In this document: positions 55,136 through 63,837 of the stretch, piece after piece | How the letters are laid out: each line of letters opens with the position of its first letter | Position numbering within the stretch: position 1 is the stretch's first letter | Source of the DNA: Botryllus schlosseri | Taxonomy: Eukaryota | Direction: 5' to 3' | DNA length: 64,000 nt | NCBI GenBank assembly: GCA_051294905.1 | Contig: CM119381.1 | Span: 11,222,001 to 11,286,000, forward strand | Position numbers and translations under genes: made by a program | The notes under the pieces: model-generated | Told to the model about the DNA's origin: nothing | What the model saw: the letters and a program-made list of their open reading frames with translations, nothing else | Databases searched by the model: none

Positions 55136-58100
55136 CGGTAATTCATCACATTGAGGAAAATATGGTGACACAACCTTTATTTTGCATGGTATGCAAATCC
55201 TGAACAAAGGCACTGGGCTGCATTAACACAGAATGGCAACATTCATTTTGTGTACTATCGAGGTTGAACTGGACTTGACAAGAAAGGTTCATATGTAGGA
55301 GAAATGCTACTACACTCCCTATACAATGCATATAATACACATACACACATCATCCAGAAAATGCGGAATACGTGAAAAATTAGCAATCGCTAGGCCAGTT
55401 ACTATGAAACCATTTCGTTGAGCAATTGAGAGTTTATTGCACAGAGAATGAGTACCCAACAATTAGTTATGAATAAAAATAGGTTTAAATATAAAACTGA
55501 TCAAGCAGCAGCATAACTTTTAGATCATCTAATTATATATAAAGAATTTTGGGACATGTGAAGAATAATTTCCTCACTCAAATTCCATTTAAAACCATGT
55601 TATATATGTATGAAAGCAAATATCATTATCATACCTATGCATTTTCCTGCACCATCATCTTCAAAACCTTCATTGCACTTGCACTGATAGGAGCCCGGTT
55701 GATTGGTGCATGTCGCATTTTCCCCACAGACTGACGGATCATCGCATTCATTTATATCTGAACAAATGTTTCAAAATTGTATCCAAACACGAAGTTATCA
55801 TGACTTTTGAAAAAATACCTTGGCAGGATGTGCCATTTCCAGAATAGCCATCTCTACAAGTACAAGTGTGGCTTCCGGGGAGATTCTGACACAATGCGTT
55901 AGCATCACATTTTGGCATGCCTTCGTTACATTCATCGATGTCTGTAACAATTTAAATATATATATCAAACAGAGAGTTTAGCAAACATCTCACTTCTGAA
56001 AATTGAAAATGTATTAGCGATAGGGCGGCGATACATGAGCATTGAGCATGAACAAACATGAGACATGAAGGTATATTTGCGTCGTATTGAAGTACTTGAA
56101 AATGTCAATTATACCTTCGCATTTGTCGTTTTTCTTGGAATATCCATCTTTACATTTACACATATAACTTCCGACAGTATCAGTACAGTTGGCGTTATCT
56201 TTGCAAATATCTACGTCGTCCACACATTCATTGATATCTAGATATATCATAAAATTGTAGTAGGAAGATAGAATGAAATTGTTACAATTTGTAGAACAGA
56301 AATTGACTTACTTTCACAGTTCTTTACCCCATCTCCATTATATCCAACCAAACATGTGCATGTGAATGTACCAGGTTCATTTTTGCACTCGGCGTTATCA
56401 TGACAATTATCTAGTCCTTTTCTACATTCGTCAACATCTAAAACAAGATGTCGTCAAAATACATCACAAAGTTTGCCACAAACAGTAATAATGCCATACC
56501 TCTGCATGATTTAACACCATCACCAATATATCCTTGATCACAGATGCACAAGTAACTGCCTATTGTGTTGGAACACTGCGCGTTCTCTGTTAGACAGGTA
56601 CTGGTACCAAGTGCACACTCATCCACATCTGCGTAACAACGCCAATATAGTTGAGATTGAAAATCTTACATACACGGGATATATACCTGTACAATTTACG
56701 ACAGCGTCGCCTTCAAAACCATGCCTGCACCCACATTCAAAGCTGCCTTCGGTATTTACGCATAATGCATTATCGCAACAATTGTCCATGTCTTCGACAC
56801 ATTCATCAATATCTGTTTTTATGGAGATCAACATGAATATAATCACAGTAGGATATTGCTGCCTTAAGAACATTGCAATAACATTTAGAAAAGAAATCCC
56901 TGAATACCACTTTGTGTTACGAAAAAGTCCACATAATTCACAAATGGACATGTTTTTTTTAAATTCTACAAGTGTGGACTGTGTATGGACCATCCACACT
57001 ATCAGAAATATCACTAGTAATCCGAGTGTAACTGGGTTTAGACTGTTGTAATTGTAGCCAGTAAGTCTCACTGTGTAAAATACTGCAAGTCTTGATTAAC
57101 ACAACCCTATTTGAAATATCAGTCATTAATATTACAACTGCCATTGTAAAAATCATTCATTAGGCAATTCACCCATTTTAGCACCGCAAAATGTGGCTCA
57201 AACCTATGAATGCCGCTTTCCTGAAGATACTGTTATAGTTACTCCTAATTTGGTCAAATTATTTTTCTTCAGGTATTCACTCACCCTGACAGGATTTGAC
57301 TCCGTCCCCAGAATAGCCATCCGAGCAAGTGCAAGAAAAGCTACCAGGGCTGTTGCTGCAATTTGCGTTTTCATGACAATTGTCCACATTTGTGACGCAC
57401 TCATCAATATCTTAAAAACAAAAAGAATACAAGCAATGAAATGATGTTACAAAATAAGCCCATATTCTTATGTATCCATATGTGTCGCATTGTGAGGTCA
57501 AAAATCCAGACAAGTGGGATGAGTCATTGAATAAAGAAGCACAACCAGAGTTGCAACTTGTATTAGTGTTTGACATATTGTGAGTCTATTTTTGAAAATC
57601 GCCAGCCAATTAATAAAAATAAACCCTATGAATGAAATACTTTACTACCACATATTAAAATAACTCAAATCAATCGATGGACAAAGGAATCATACACGAC
57701 ACATACCTTGACAAAATTCCCCGTCCCGTTCCCATCCATTATTACATGAACATTGGAAAGTTCCTGGTAAATTACCACAAAATGCACTTTCAGAGCAGTT
57801 GTCCATGCCCGTCAGACATTCGTCAATATCTGCAGAAATTAATGCAGGATTACCTCAGGTAATCCTTCAGAAGGCGAAAAATATAATCTTGACGTGAATA
57901 GAAAGAAGTTTGGTTACTTCATTTTCAGATTACTTCAAACTAAAGATCCTACTTCGACTCTTTGGAATTCACAATATTACCATCGCAAAGCTTTCCGTCA
58001 CCAAGGTATCCATCCTTGCATACGCATTTGTAGGTTCCATTGTTTACACAAACGGCATCTTCGTGACATATTTCGGGATTTTGGAGGCAGTCTGTATTAG

Positions 58101-61100
58101 GAGCAACAAATCAAATATAGTTTGAGGCCATTTACTTGAATTTTATTTCTTACCGGGTGTTGGGTCTCCACGTAGTTCCTCTGTAAATGGAAATGAATCA
58201 ACGACATGTTAGATCTTACGGAAGTATATATTGGTGTTACAAGTGGCAGACAAGTTGTTTGAGTTGAATATTCGATCTCAGGAAAAATATTCATTATAAA
58301 AAAGCGACTTGGCCTTCATCTTGGCTACCTGTCTATCCTTTTTACTAGTGATTGAATATTAGAAATTACATTAAATGGAATTTATAATTTCTTGCATATT
58401 ATATATATCTGGGCCCATCGTTTTTCAATAAATAAGATTTTCTGTTAGCACCCTTACTTGGTCATTGGCGGGAGGGGTATGTACCTTATTTTAATCTTAT
58501 ATTTTTTACTAAAAGATGGAGACATATCCATAATGGTTGACTCGAACATATGAATTATGAAGTGCAAAACATGTTTCCAGTTGATTGCAAAGGATATAAC
58601 GATATCTGCAAGTGATTACATCAGGATTTCAGATGATATTGTCAAACAAAAATATGTTATATCAAATTTGACTGGTTGGTAAATCGTAATGATGTGTTGC
58701 AGGCTTTTAGACATTATAATGGGCAAATTACACACATTTTTGCGATCCTGTCGCATTATGCTGCCGTCTTCAAATTCACTGACTTTCAGCACCTAAAAAT
58801 CCTCCCTGGCTATCTCTATCATGTGACTGGATAGTAGCAACATATTATTCACACACCGATTTCCTCGTCGATTATCATAACAGTAGCCCCATCTTTGTCA
58901 CCGATTTTAACTGGACTGTCATCATCATTAGATGGATTGATCAGTAGTACGATAAAATTTTCATCATCTTCATCAATGCCATCGCTAACGATTGGAATTT
59001 CCACAATCTTTCTTGTTTCATCTAAATTTATATAAAATATGACATGTTTTCACAAGGTAACTTCAATGCAACAATATATACTAACCAGGTTCGAAAACCA
59101 CAGTTGATTTTGAATCGGGTGTGCGGGGAGTGAAGTCCTCCAAGTTTTTGGCGGAATTCTCTGTCGTTACCAAGTTTATTGTGGTCTTTTGCGAAATATC
59201 ACCACTTCGCACAATAGGAATCGCGACTTTTTCCAGAACTTCTAAAACACTGTACTTTTCATCTTCCAATTCTATCGTTGTCACTGTAGAAATAGACATG
59301 GTGTGATGTAAAGGATTGCGTGTAAATTCTTCAAGATACATTTCGGTTACGGACTCTACAAACACTATCAAATTGTTCAGTCATAAAATTTTACCGTCAG
59401 ACGGGTCCAATATGTTGATTGTGGCTTCGCCGATTTCTCCTATCTTTGCGACTGCATCGACTGCTAGATTATCAGGTTCCAGCAATGTCACGGTGAATTT
59501 TTCAGGCACCTCGTCCAATTTGTCGTTTATTATCGAGACAGTGACTTTCTTCTGCGTTTCGTCTATAGCAAAATCACAGGAATCGAACACTGTTCGGGAT
59601 ACTAGATAAAGTTAAAAACACTTGTTCTCAGCCTTTGTAAATGGTAAAATTACAAAAATTAGACGGACCGAATAATCTTCAAAAATCACAAATGACCCCA
59701 CTACAAATAAATTCATCCCAAAATTCTCCAATTAAAAACTTTATTTTGATTGTCTGGTTTCTTTTGAAAGAACTGTGAGTGTACTGTTTGCTAGTCTTTA
59801 ATACACCAAGAAATGTCTCTAAATCGTACCGCCGAAATTTACCGAATTCTGTTAAATAAGTCTACTTAGCTTTCACATATTACAACTGGTTGTAAGCTGC
59901 TTTGAAACCATTTGGTACAACAATTGTAGAATTGTAGCATATGGTAGGTTGAAAGTAGAGCATGAACTATATATATATTATGGCACGATGGTGTTTTAAA
60001 TCTGATGTGTCATTTCTCTAAATAATAACCGTGCATCCGACTTCTTGAATTTTGCTACTGAGATATACAATTGTGCTATATTAAGCAGACTGGCAGGAAA
60101 GTTGACACTTGACGGCACTAGTCTGCGGACCAGCGGAGAACCATTGGAACTAAAGGACAGCCAGTCCCAGTACCAGTCGACTATCAGATAAATATTTGTA
60201 GGCGTTGGAAAGATTGCTTTTACCTGGCTCAAACATAACAACAGACAACGGATTTTTTATCTTTTCAACAAAATCCTCGGGAGTTTCGGCAGTTCCTGAT
60301 TGTGTGACAACGTACGCCGTTGTTTTATTCGATAAGTCGCCAGTTCTCAATACAACAATCTCAACTTCTTCTTCATCTTCAATGACTGTGTATTCATCTT
60401 TTTCGAATTCCACAGTGGTGGCTGAACATGTATAATCAAACAGTTACCACTGATTGCAGAGATAGCTAAAAAAAGCTTCTTGGAGGTACAGAACTTCAAT
60501 ATACAATTGAATAGTATTTTCATATTGACATGAACCCGAATACTTTCGGCTGACACTCATCAGGGGTAATCGTCAGAATATCATATATCAACAATTGTAT
60601 CACAAATTGTGACATGAAATTCTGAATACGAGAGCGTTCAATGTACCATTTGTGTACCATCTAAAAATAGTACATTGAACGCTCTCGTATTCAAAATTCC
60701 ATGCTGGTGATGTCATATCTTGTGATGTAATTGTTGATATACGATGTTATTTTCCATTCTCTACTAGTTACTGACCAGCTGAAAATATTCGGTTTCATTT
60801 CAATTTAGCTAGAAACAAAGTATTTTTCCTAGAACACAAGTGGATATCCTAAATCTATAGTATTTACTCACACGGTTTCTTTGAAGAGTAATCTTACACA
60901 TAAACATTACTAAATTTTGAAGCAAAAGCAAATATCACAAACATACAAAAAAATTTGGTCTACTAAGAAGTAACTCGACAGATAGATATAAATTATGTTC
61001 ATGAATGAAATCATCGCAAGTATGGCCAATAGGTACCCATCATGTAGAATGGTGTGAAATTTGAAGGTTGGCAGGAAATTGTACAGGAAACATAATCCTC

Positions 61101-63352
61101 AGATACCTCTTCAAGATTGTTACTTCGGCGGTGTTGCAACCACTCGCTGCTAGCTATCATTAGAAATCCAGTTGATATGAAAGTTGGAAACGATTCAACT
61201 AAAGTGTTTTAATTCAATAAAATCAATAAAATAACACAATTACTTACTTGGCTGGTCTGTAATAACCACAACAGATTTGTTTTGTTGGCCCACGTCTACC
61301 GGAATAGAAGTGTCGTCATTTTCCGGTTTGTCCAAATAGACGACAAACTTCTCTTCATTTTCTGGTCGGTTGTCCTTGTAAATCGGAATTACGACAGATA
61401 CTTCTTCAATGTCTAAACAAACAAAAAATGTGCGATAAATGAAATTCAGGGGAGAAGGTTAGGTTAAAGACATAACAATTTTTTGTATCTCTCATAAACG
61501 TATTCGGGGATTATTGATTGGAATAGCATAGTTAAGTGATTAATCCAAGGAAAAACAATATTTACCTGACTGGAATACGATATCCGATACTTCCATATCA
61601 GGTCGTGGTTCAAAATCCTCATTATCAGCAGTGTCTGGTTTTGTTACCAAACGAACCTTCGATTCAGGCTTGAGGTTTCCAGATCGAACGACGTCCAAAG
61701 TAACATTCTCGTATTCGCTTGTTTCATATTTTGGCTTTTTAATATTAATGATTGTTCCTAGAAGAACGAAAATATAAACCCAATTGCCGTGACTCGTTAC
61801 GAAGGAAAATCTATTCGAGTAGTGGGTGATATTGACCCTGGTGGCAATTTTGAGAGAATGAGGTGAAAAATATGAAGGGATTATTAGGTGAAATCTATTT
61901 GAATCTTGGTGGAATTGGTGGAATTTTGCCATTTTCAATTTATAAAAATCGATGGATATTAATGTGAAAGCGGCCCAATTATCAATTTCTCCCAGCCCGC
62001 AACAGTTGAATGGCATCAAATCGAGGAAAATTATGTCTAATTCAACTTGTTTGGGAATTCTCAAAACTGTGCAGCACCGCGTTATTGAAGTGCATCCTAA
62101 GATTAGTTTCCTTGACAATATTATTTATGCAAATCAACTATTTCAGTATCAAAAACTGTTGAAGTAGAAGTAGTATGGAAAAAGAACTACTTGATTAAGT
62201 GAAACAAATAGATAAAACCTGCTTGAGTACTACAGAAAAGTAGAAGTGCTTCACTACTGACGACCTCTAGCTTTTAGGGGGTCGATGAGTAAGAAAAGTT
62301 TGGGAGCCGCTGATCATAATGCCACAGAAAACATTCCCATAAACACCGAACACGATTGTACTTTTCGCAAATAGTAATAGTACTTTACCACTGGATGGAT
62401 CTTCAATGATATTAACAGTCACAAGAAGTTCGGGATCATTCATAGCATCAGTGAGCGATCCAGTGACATTTTCAACACTTTCGTCGTCATCAATGGGAAC
62501 CTTCACTATTGACTGAATTTCATCTTCGCCTGTAAGAATTATTAACTTGCTGATACTTTAATATAACCAGAATCTGCACAAGGCAAGAATTACCAGGTTC
62601 AAATACCAATTCCTCCTCGATTGGTTCTGCCTTTTCATCTGGAGTATCGTTTAGTCGGTACGGTTTAATGATTGAATCGACAGGTGTCTTCTTTGTTGTG
62701 TCGCCGTGACGACCAAGAGTGATGTTTAAGATGACAGTGTCGTTATCTTCAACGTACGACAAATCTTTGACATATACTTTGGTTCCTAGTGAAAAAAGTT
62801 TCTTTGAATTCACTACCCCCGATCAATATTTCAAAACACTATATTTACCGTCAGATTCATCCAAGATTGTTAATGTTGTTTCAATGATTTCACCCAGTTT
62901 TGCCAAAGTATCTTCAGCTAGATTTTTTGGTTCCACCAGCTCAAGCGTGAATACCTCTGGATTCTCGTAGATTTCGTCGTTCATGATTGATACGGTTACA
63001 AATTGTTCCGTTTCACCTAGATTTTTAGACATCACAAATCACATGTAGGCCAGCTCATTGCCTCATATTTAAAAATATATCGGGCATATTTCAATAACAA
63101 GTTTTGGAGGATGTTTTTTTTAAATTGACACTATCGTATTTTACAAGTCGTTACCGGGTTCAAACACAACATTCGATTCAGGATTCTTCTTCCTCTCCAT
63201 GAAATCATTATCAGAGTCGGCAGTTCCAGGCTTCGTGACAACGTAAACAGTCGTTTGATTGGACAAATCTCCTCTTCTTAATACGGTGATATTTACTTCT
63301 TTTTCATCCTCCATAACTGTGTAGCTATCTTTCTCGAATTCCACCACAGTCA
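377..63352 (-). CDS. Giant multi-exon extracellular-matrix-type protein, partial at both ends: Calx-beta x5, RGD linker, cbEGF x69, Calx-beta x48, vWD (about 175 exons, about 9,200 aa in window)
   Basis: Minus-strand ORF fragments translate to Calx-beta halves and D-I/V-D/N-E-C EGF modules, each bounded by AG/GT. Exon lengths are multiples of 3 with phase-1 junctions that join without stops, for example [24 protein letters not shown]. No start, signal peptide or stop codon is identifiable in the window. Confidence 0.9.
804..827 (-). CDS. 24-nt linker micro-exon (EPEVKQPP) between the last Calx-beta and the vWD domain
   Basis: cttttcAG|AA CCA GAA GTC AAG CAG CCT CCA G|gtagat; phase 1-1; flanking introns are 59 and 68 nt. 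Confidence 0.7.
887..3240 (-). CDS. Two terminal FREM2/FRAS1-like Calx-beta domains (exons 3034-3240, 2423-2572, 2044-2193, 887-1096)
   Basis: Translations include ...[21 protein letters not shown]...EIEFKPG|[26 protein letters not shown]... and ...[34 protein letters not shown]...; GT-AG boundaries, phase 1. Confidence 0.85.
1452..1839. mobile_element. Degenerate non-autonomous hAT (Charlie/MER5-like) MITE
   Basis: Left end CAGTGGTTCTCAAC, decayed right end CTTGGGAATCACTA; flanks TTCTAGGC and TTCCTGGC match at 6/8 as a decayed TSD. Confidence 0.55.
3303..3329 (-). CDS. 27-nt linker micro-exon (GQPDDGLHP)
   Basis: attttgccAG|GC CAA CCA GAC GAC GGA CTA CAT CCT G|gtacgt; phase 1-1; a 62-nt intron separates it from the next Calx-beta exon. 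Confidence 0.7.
3714..9218 (-). CDS. Six diverged Calx-beta domains in three old two-domain units (exons 9081-9218, 8811-9017, 7701-7850, 7328-7531, 7123-7260, 6858-7064, 6225-6374, 5697-5903, 4987-5124, 4723-4929, 4270-4419, 3714-3911)
   Basis: 138+207-nt exon pairs alternate with 150+198/204/207-nt pairs. Motifs: F..T.ITVSE...V.V.R.GD, DY..V...V.F.PGQ, I.DD....EGNETF.L.L..P. Confidence 0.88.
6424..6443. repeat. (AG)10 microsatellite
   Basis: Direct reading of the agagagag... run inside an intron. Confidence 0.9.
8057..8569. mobile_element. Non-autonomous hAT-superfamily MITE (513 bp)
   Basis: TIRs TAGGGCTGGGCA...TGCCCAGCCCTA; perfect 8-bp TSD GTCAGGTG at 8049-8056 and 8570-8577; repeated subterminal ACTCGA/GAATCGA motifs. 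Confidence 0.88.
9731..10940 (-). CDS. Diverged '18th' copy of the two-Calx-beta unit (exons 10791-10940, 10517-10726, 10021-10164, 9731-9958)
   Basis: Exon sizes 150/210/144/228 and sequences ([15 protein letters not shown]...NPKKATG; ETTQPVQI...[10 protein letters not shown]) parallel the array unit, but the introns are unrelated in sequence and length. Confidence 0.85.
11002..29503 (-). repeat. Intragenic tandem array: 17 near-identical 1092-bp units, each with 4 exons and 4 introns
   Basis: The ORF track recurs at exact 1092-bp spacing (11580, 12672 ... 29052). Unit layout: exons 213, 144, 210 and 150 nt plus introns 60, 193, 60 and 62 nt, which sum to 1092. No indels were seen between copies. 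Confidence 0.97.
11002..29503 (-). CDS. 34 Calx-beta domains (about 4,060 aa) encoded by the tandem array. First-unit exons 11002-11214, 11275-11418, 11612-11821, 11882-12031, repeating every 1092 bp
   Basis: Spliced unit is 717 nt = 239 aa: [33 protein letters not shown]...[23 protein letters not shown]...IIIDDEKED, then [31 protein letters not shown]...[25 protein letters not shown]...[11 protein letters not shown]. All junctions are GT-AG, phase 1. Confidence 0.92.
30117..33059 (-). CDS. Four unique Calx-beta domains between the EGF array and the tandem array (exons 32916-33059, 32651-32857, 31971-32168, 31636-31785, 31134-31283, 30808-31017, 30546-30743, 30117-30269)
   Basis: Examples: [21 protein letters not shown]...VSFKAG|[23 protein letters not shown] and [17 protein letters not shown]; phase-1 GT-AG exons. 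Confidence 0.87.
33165..33585. mobile_element. Decayed TIR element with clustered GACTCG/GACTTG subterminal motifs (hAT-Ac-like MITE)
   Basis: About 8 GACTCG/GACTTG motifs are concentrated at both ends. The right end GTGACTTGGTTACAACCCC only loosely mirrors the left end. No TSD found. Confidence 0.45.
34281..58091 (-). CDS. Uninterrupted array of 69 EGF-like (mostly calcium-binding) domains in 64 exons
   Basis: Exons (high to low): 57981-58091, 57707-57829, 57285-57410, 56687-56812, 56500-56628, 56312-56437, 56115-56237, 55819-55941, 55635-55757, 54921-55046, 54729-54860, 54141-54263, 53841-53960, 53178-53294, 52997-53119, 52352-52477, 52155-52280, 51752-51877, 51378-51500, 49335-49583(x2), 49150-49275, 48823-48942, 48636-48758, 47911-48039, 47719-47850, 47187-47432(x2), 46605-46859(x2), 46176-46301, 45990-46115, 45802-45924, 45422-45547, 45190-45315, 45005-45127, 44819-44944, 44632-44754, 44020-44142, 43811-43957, 43623-43748, 43440-43565, 43254-43379, 42808-43056(x2), 41824-41943, 41636-41764, 41443-41568, 41195-41314, 40279-40407, 40097-40222, 39793-40038(x2), 39611-39733, 38771-38896, 38512-38634, 38325-38447, 38142-38264, 37299-37427, 36960-37076, 36544-36663, 36217-36342, 35947-36072, 35736-35864, 35548-35670, 35373-35489, 34821-34940, 34637-34762, 34281-34406. 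Consensus D-I/V-D/N-E-C...C-x-N-T-x-G-S-Y/F-x-C-x-C..G-Y/F; every exon is 3n and phase 1-1. Confidence 0.93.
37790..38085 (-). mobile_element. Candidate tRNA-derived SINE (tRNA-Glu-like head) in an intron
   Basis: Minus strand reads ...CTAGTGACGATAAGCGCCCACCGCTCAGGCGGCCCGGGTTCGATTCCGCGTCGG. It has a clear Pol III B-box GGTTCGATTCC (38024-38034) but no intact cloverleaf, and is followed by a GC-richer body of about 200 nt. The 3' boundary is approximate. Confidence 0.55.
49629..50824 (+). mobile_element. Internally deleted hAT (Charlie/SPIN-group) DNA transposon, 1196 bp, with transposase remnants
   Basis: Perfect 14-bp TIR CAGGGGTTCTCAAC/GTTGAGAACCCCTG; perfect 8-bp TSD GTGTAGCA with central TA; subterminal GCGGCCCG repeats; stop-interrupted plus-strand peptides [22 protein letters not shown] and [16 protein letters not shown]. 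Confidence 0.92.
55105..55132. repeat. (AT)14 microsatellite
   Basis: Direct reading of the atatat run in an intron. Confidence 0.9.
58154..58180 (-). CDS. 27-nt micro-exon encoding E-E-L-R-G-D-P-T-P (RGD motif)
   Basis: catttccatttacAG|AG GAA CTA CGT GGA GAC CCA ACA CCC G|gtaaga; strong splice sites; the phase 1-1 frame is fixed by both neighbouring exons. Confidence 0.75.
58857..63352 (-). CDS. Five N-proximal Calx-beta domains (exons 63155-63352, 62849-63016, 62594-62785, 62389-62529, 61566-61757, 61248-61412, 60224-60421, 59395-59562, 59086-59283, 58857-59021)
   Basis: Example: [48 protein letters not shown]...VVFEPG|[29 protein letters not shown]. The second domain (62389-62785) is degenerate. 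Confidence 0.87.
60575..60750. repeat. Long intronic inverted repeat (foldback hairpin)
   Basis: Perfect 24-bp arms TGAATACGAGAGCGTTCAATGTAC (60623-60646) and its reverse complement (60670-60693) enclose a 23-nt loop. Imperfect pairing extends about 50 nt further on each side. Confidence 0.85.
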
Positions 63353-63808
63353 CTGAAAGCATATACATTCGAAGCTTGAAACATAAAATATAAAAACATA
63401 GAGATAGAATAGCGGAATAGTGTGGGATGATATACAAAAAAAGTTAGAAATAGCATATGTTTTGAAAAGTGATGATCTCCATGGTCGCCTTAGTTCATAA
63501 TTGAAGTAGTGTATTAGCAAAAATATCCGTAAATCAGTGTTTCTTGAATATTTTTCTGGCACGGAGCTGTAAATTTCATTTGGGTGATTGTGCGAACAGC
63601 CTAACTTTGAAATGTGGCAAGATGATGACTGAAAAAAGTCATCACTTCTTCTCAGTACTAACAATGGCCTGATATTGTCATCACTTTTGCTTCTCAGTCT
63701 ATTGTGAGCGAGATAAAGCAAATAAGGACTGATGTTTTAAAGGACAGTATAGTACTTTCAACAATGGCGTTTAATGAACCTCTTACAACTAGTCTGTTAC
63801 CTCCCAAG

Positions 63809-63837
63809 GGTGCACCCCAGGTTAGGAAACCCTGGCA
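63809..63837. mobile_element. Solo hAT/Charlie-like terminal fragment
   Basis: GGGTGCACCCCAGGTTAGGAAACCCTG resembles a Charlie-type right TIR; no partner end was found. Confidence 0.3.

Noticed and set aside
34281-58091. Calling the gene fibrillin, Notch, FRAS1/FREM2 or ADGRV1
   Set aside because: No TB/8-Cys, DSL/LNR, CSPG/NG2, vWC/furin, EAR or GPCR segments are visible in the window; the similarity is at domain level only, so no symbol was given.
61790-62120. Coding-looking stretch in an intron (ORFs 61540-62118 and 61952-62167)
   Set aside because: No recognisable domain, frames are interrupted, and the long ORF is an upstream read-through into the real exon 61566-61757.
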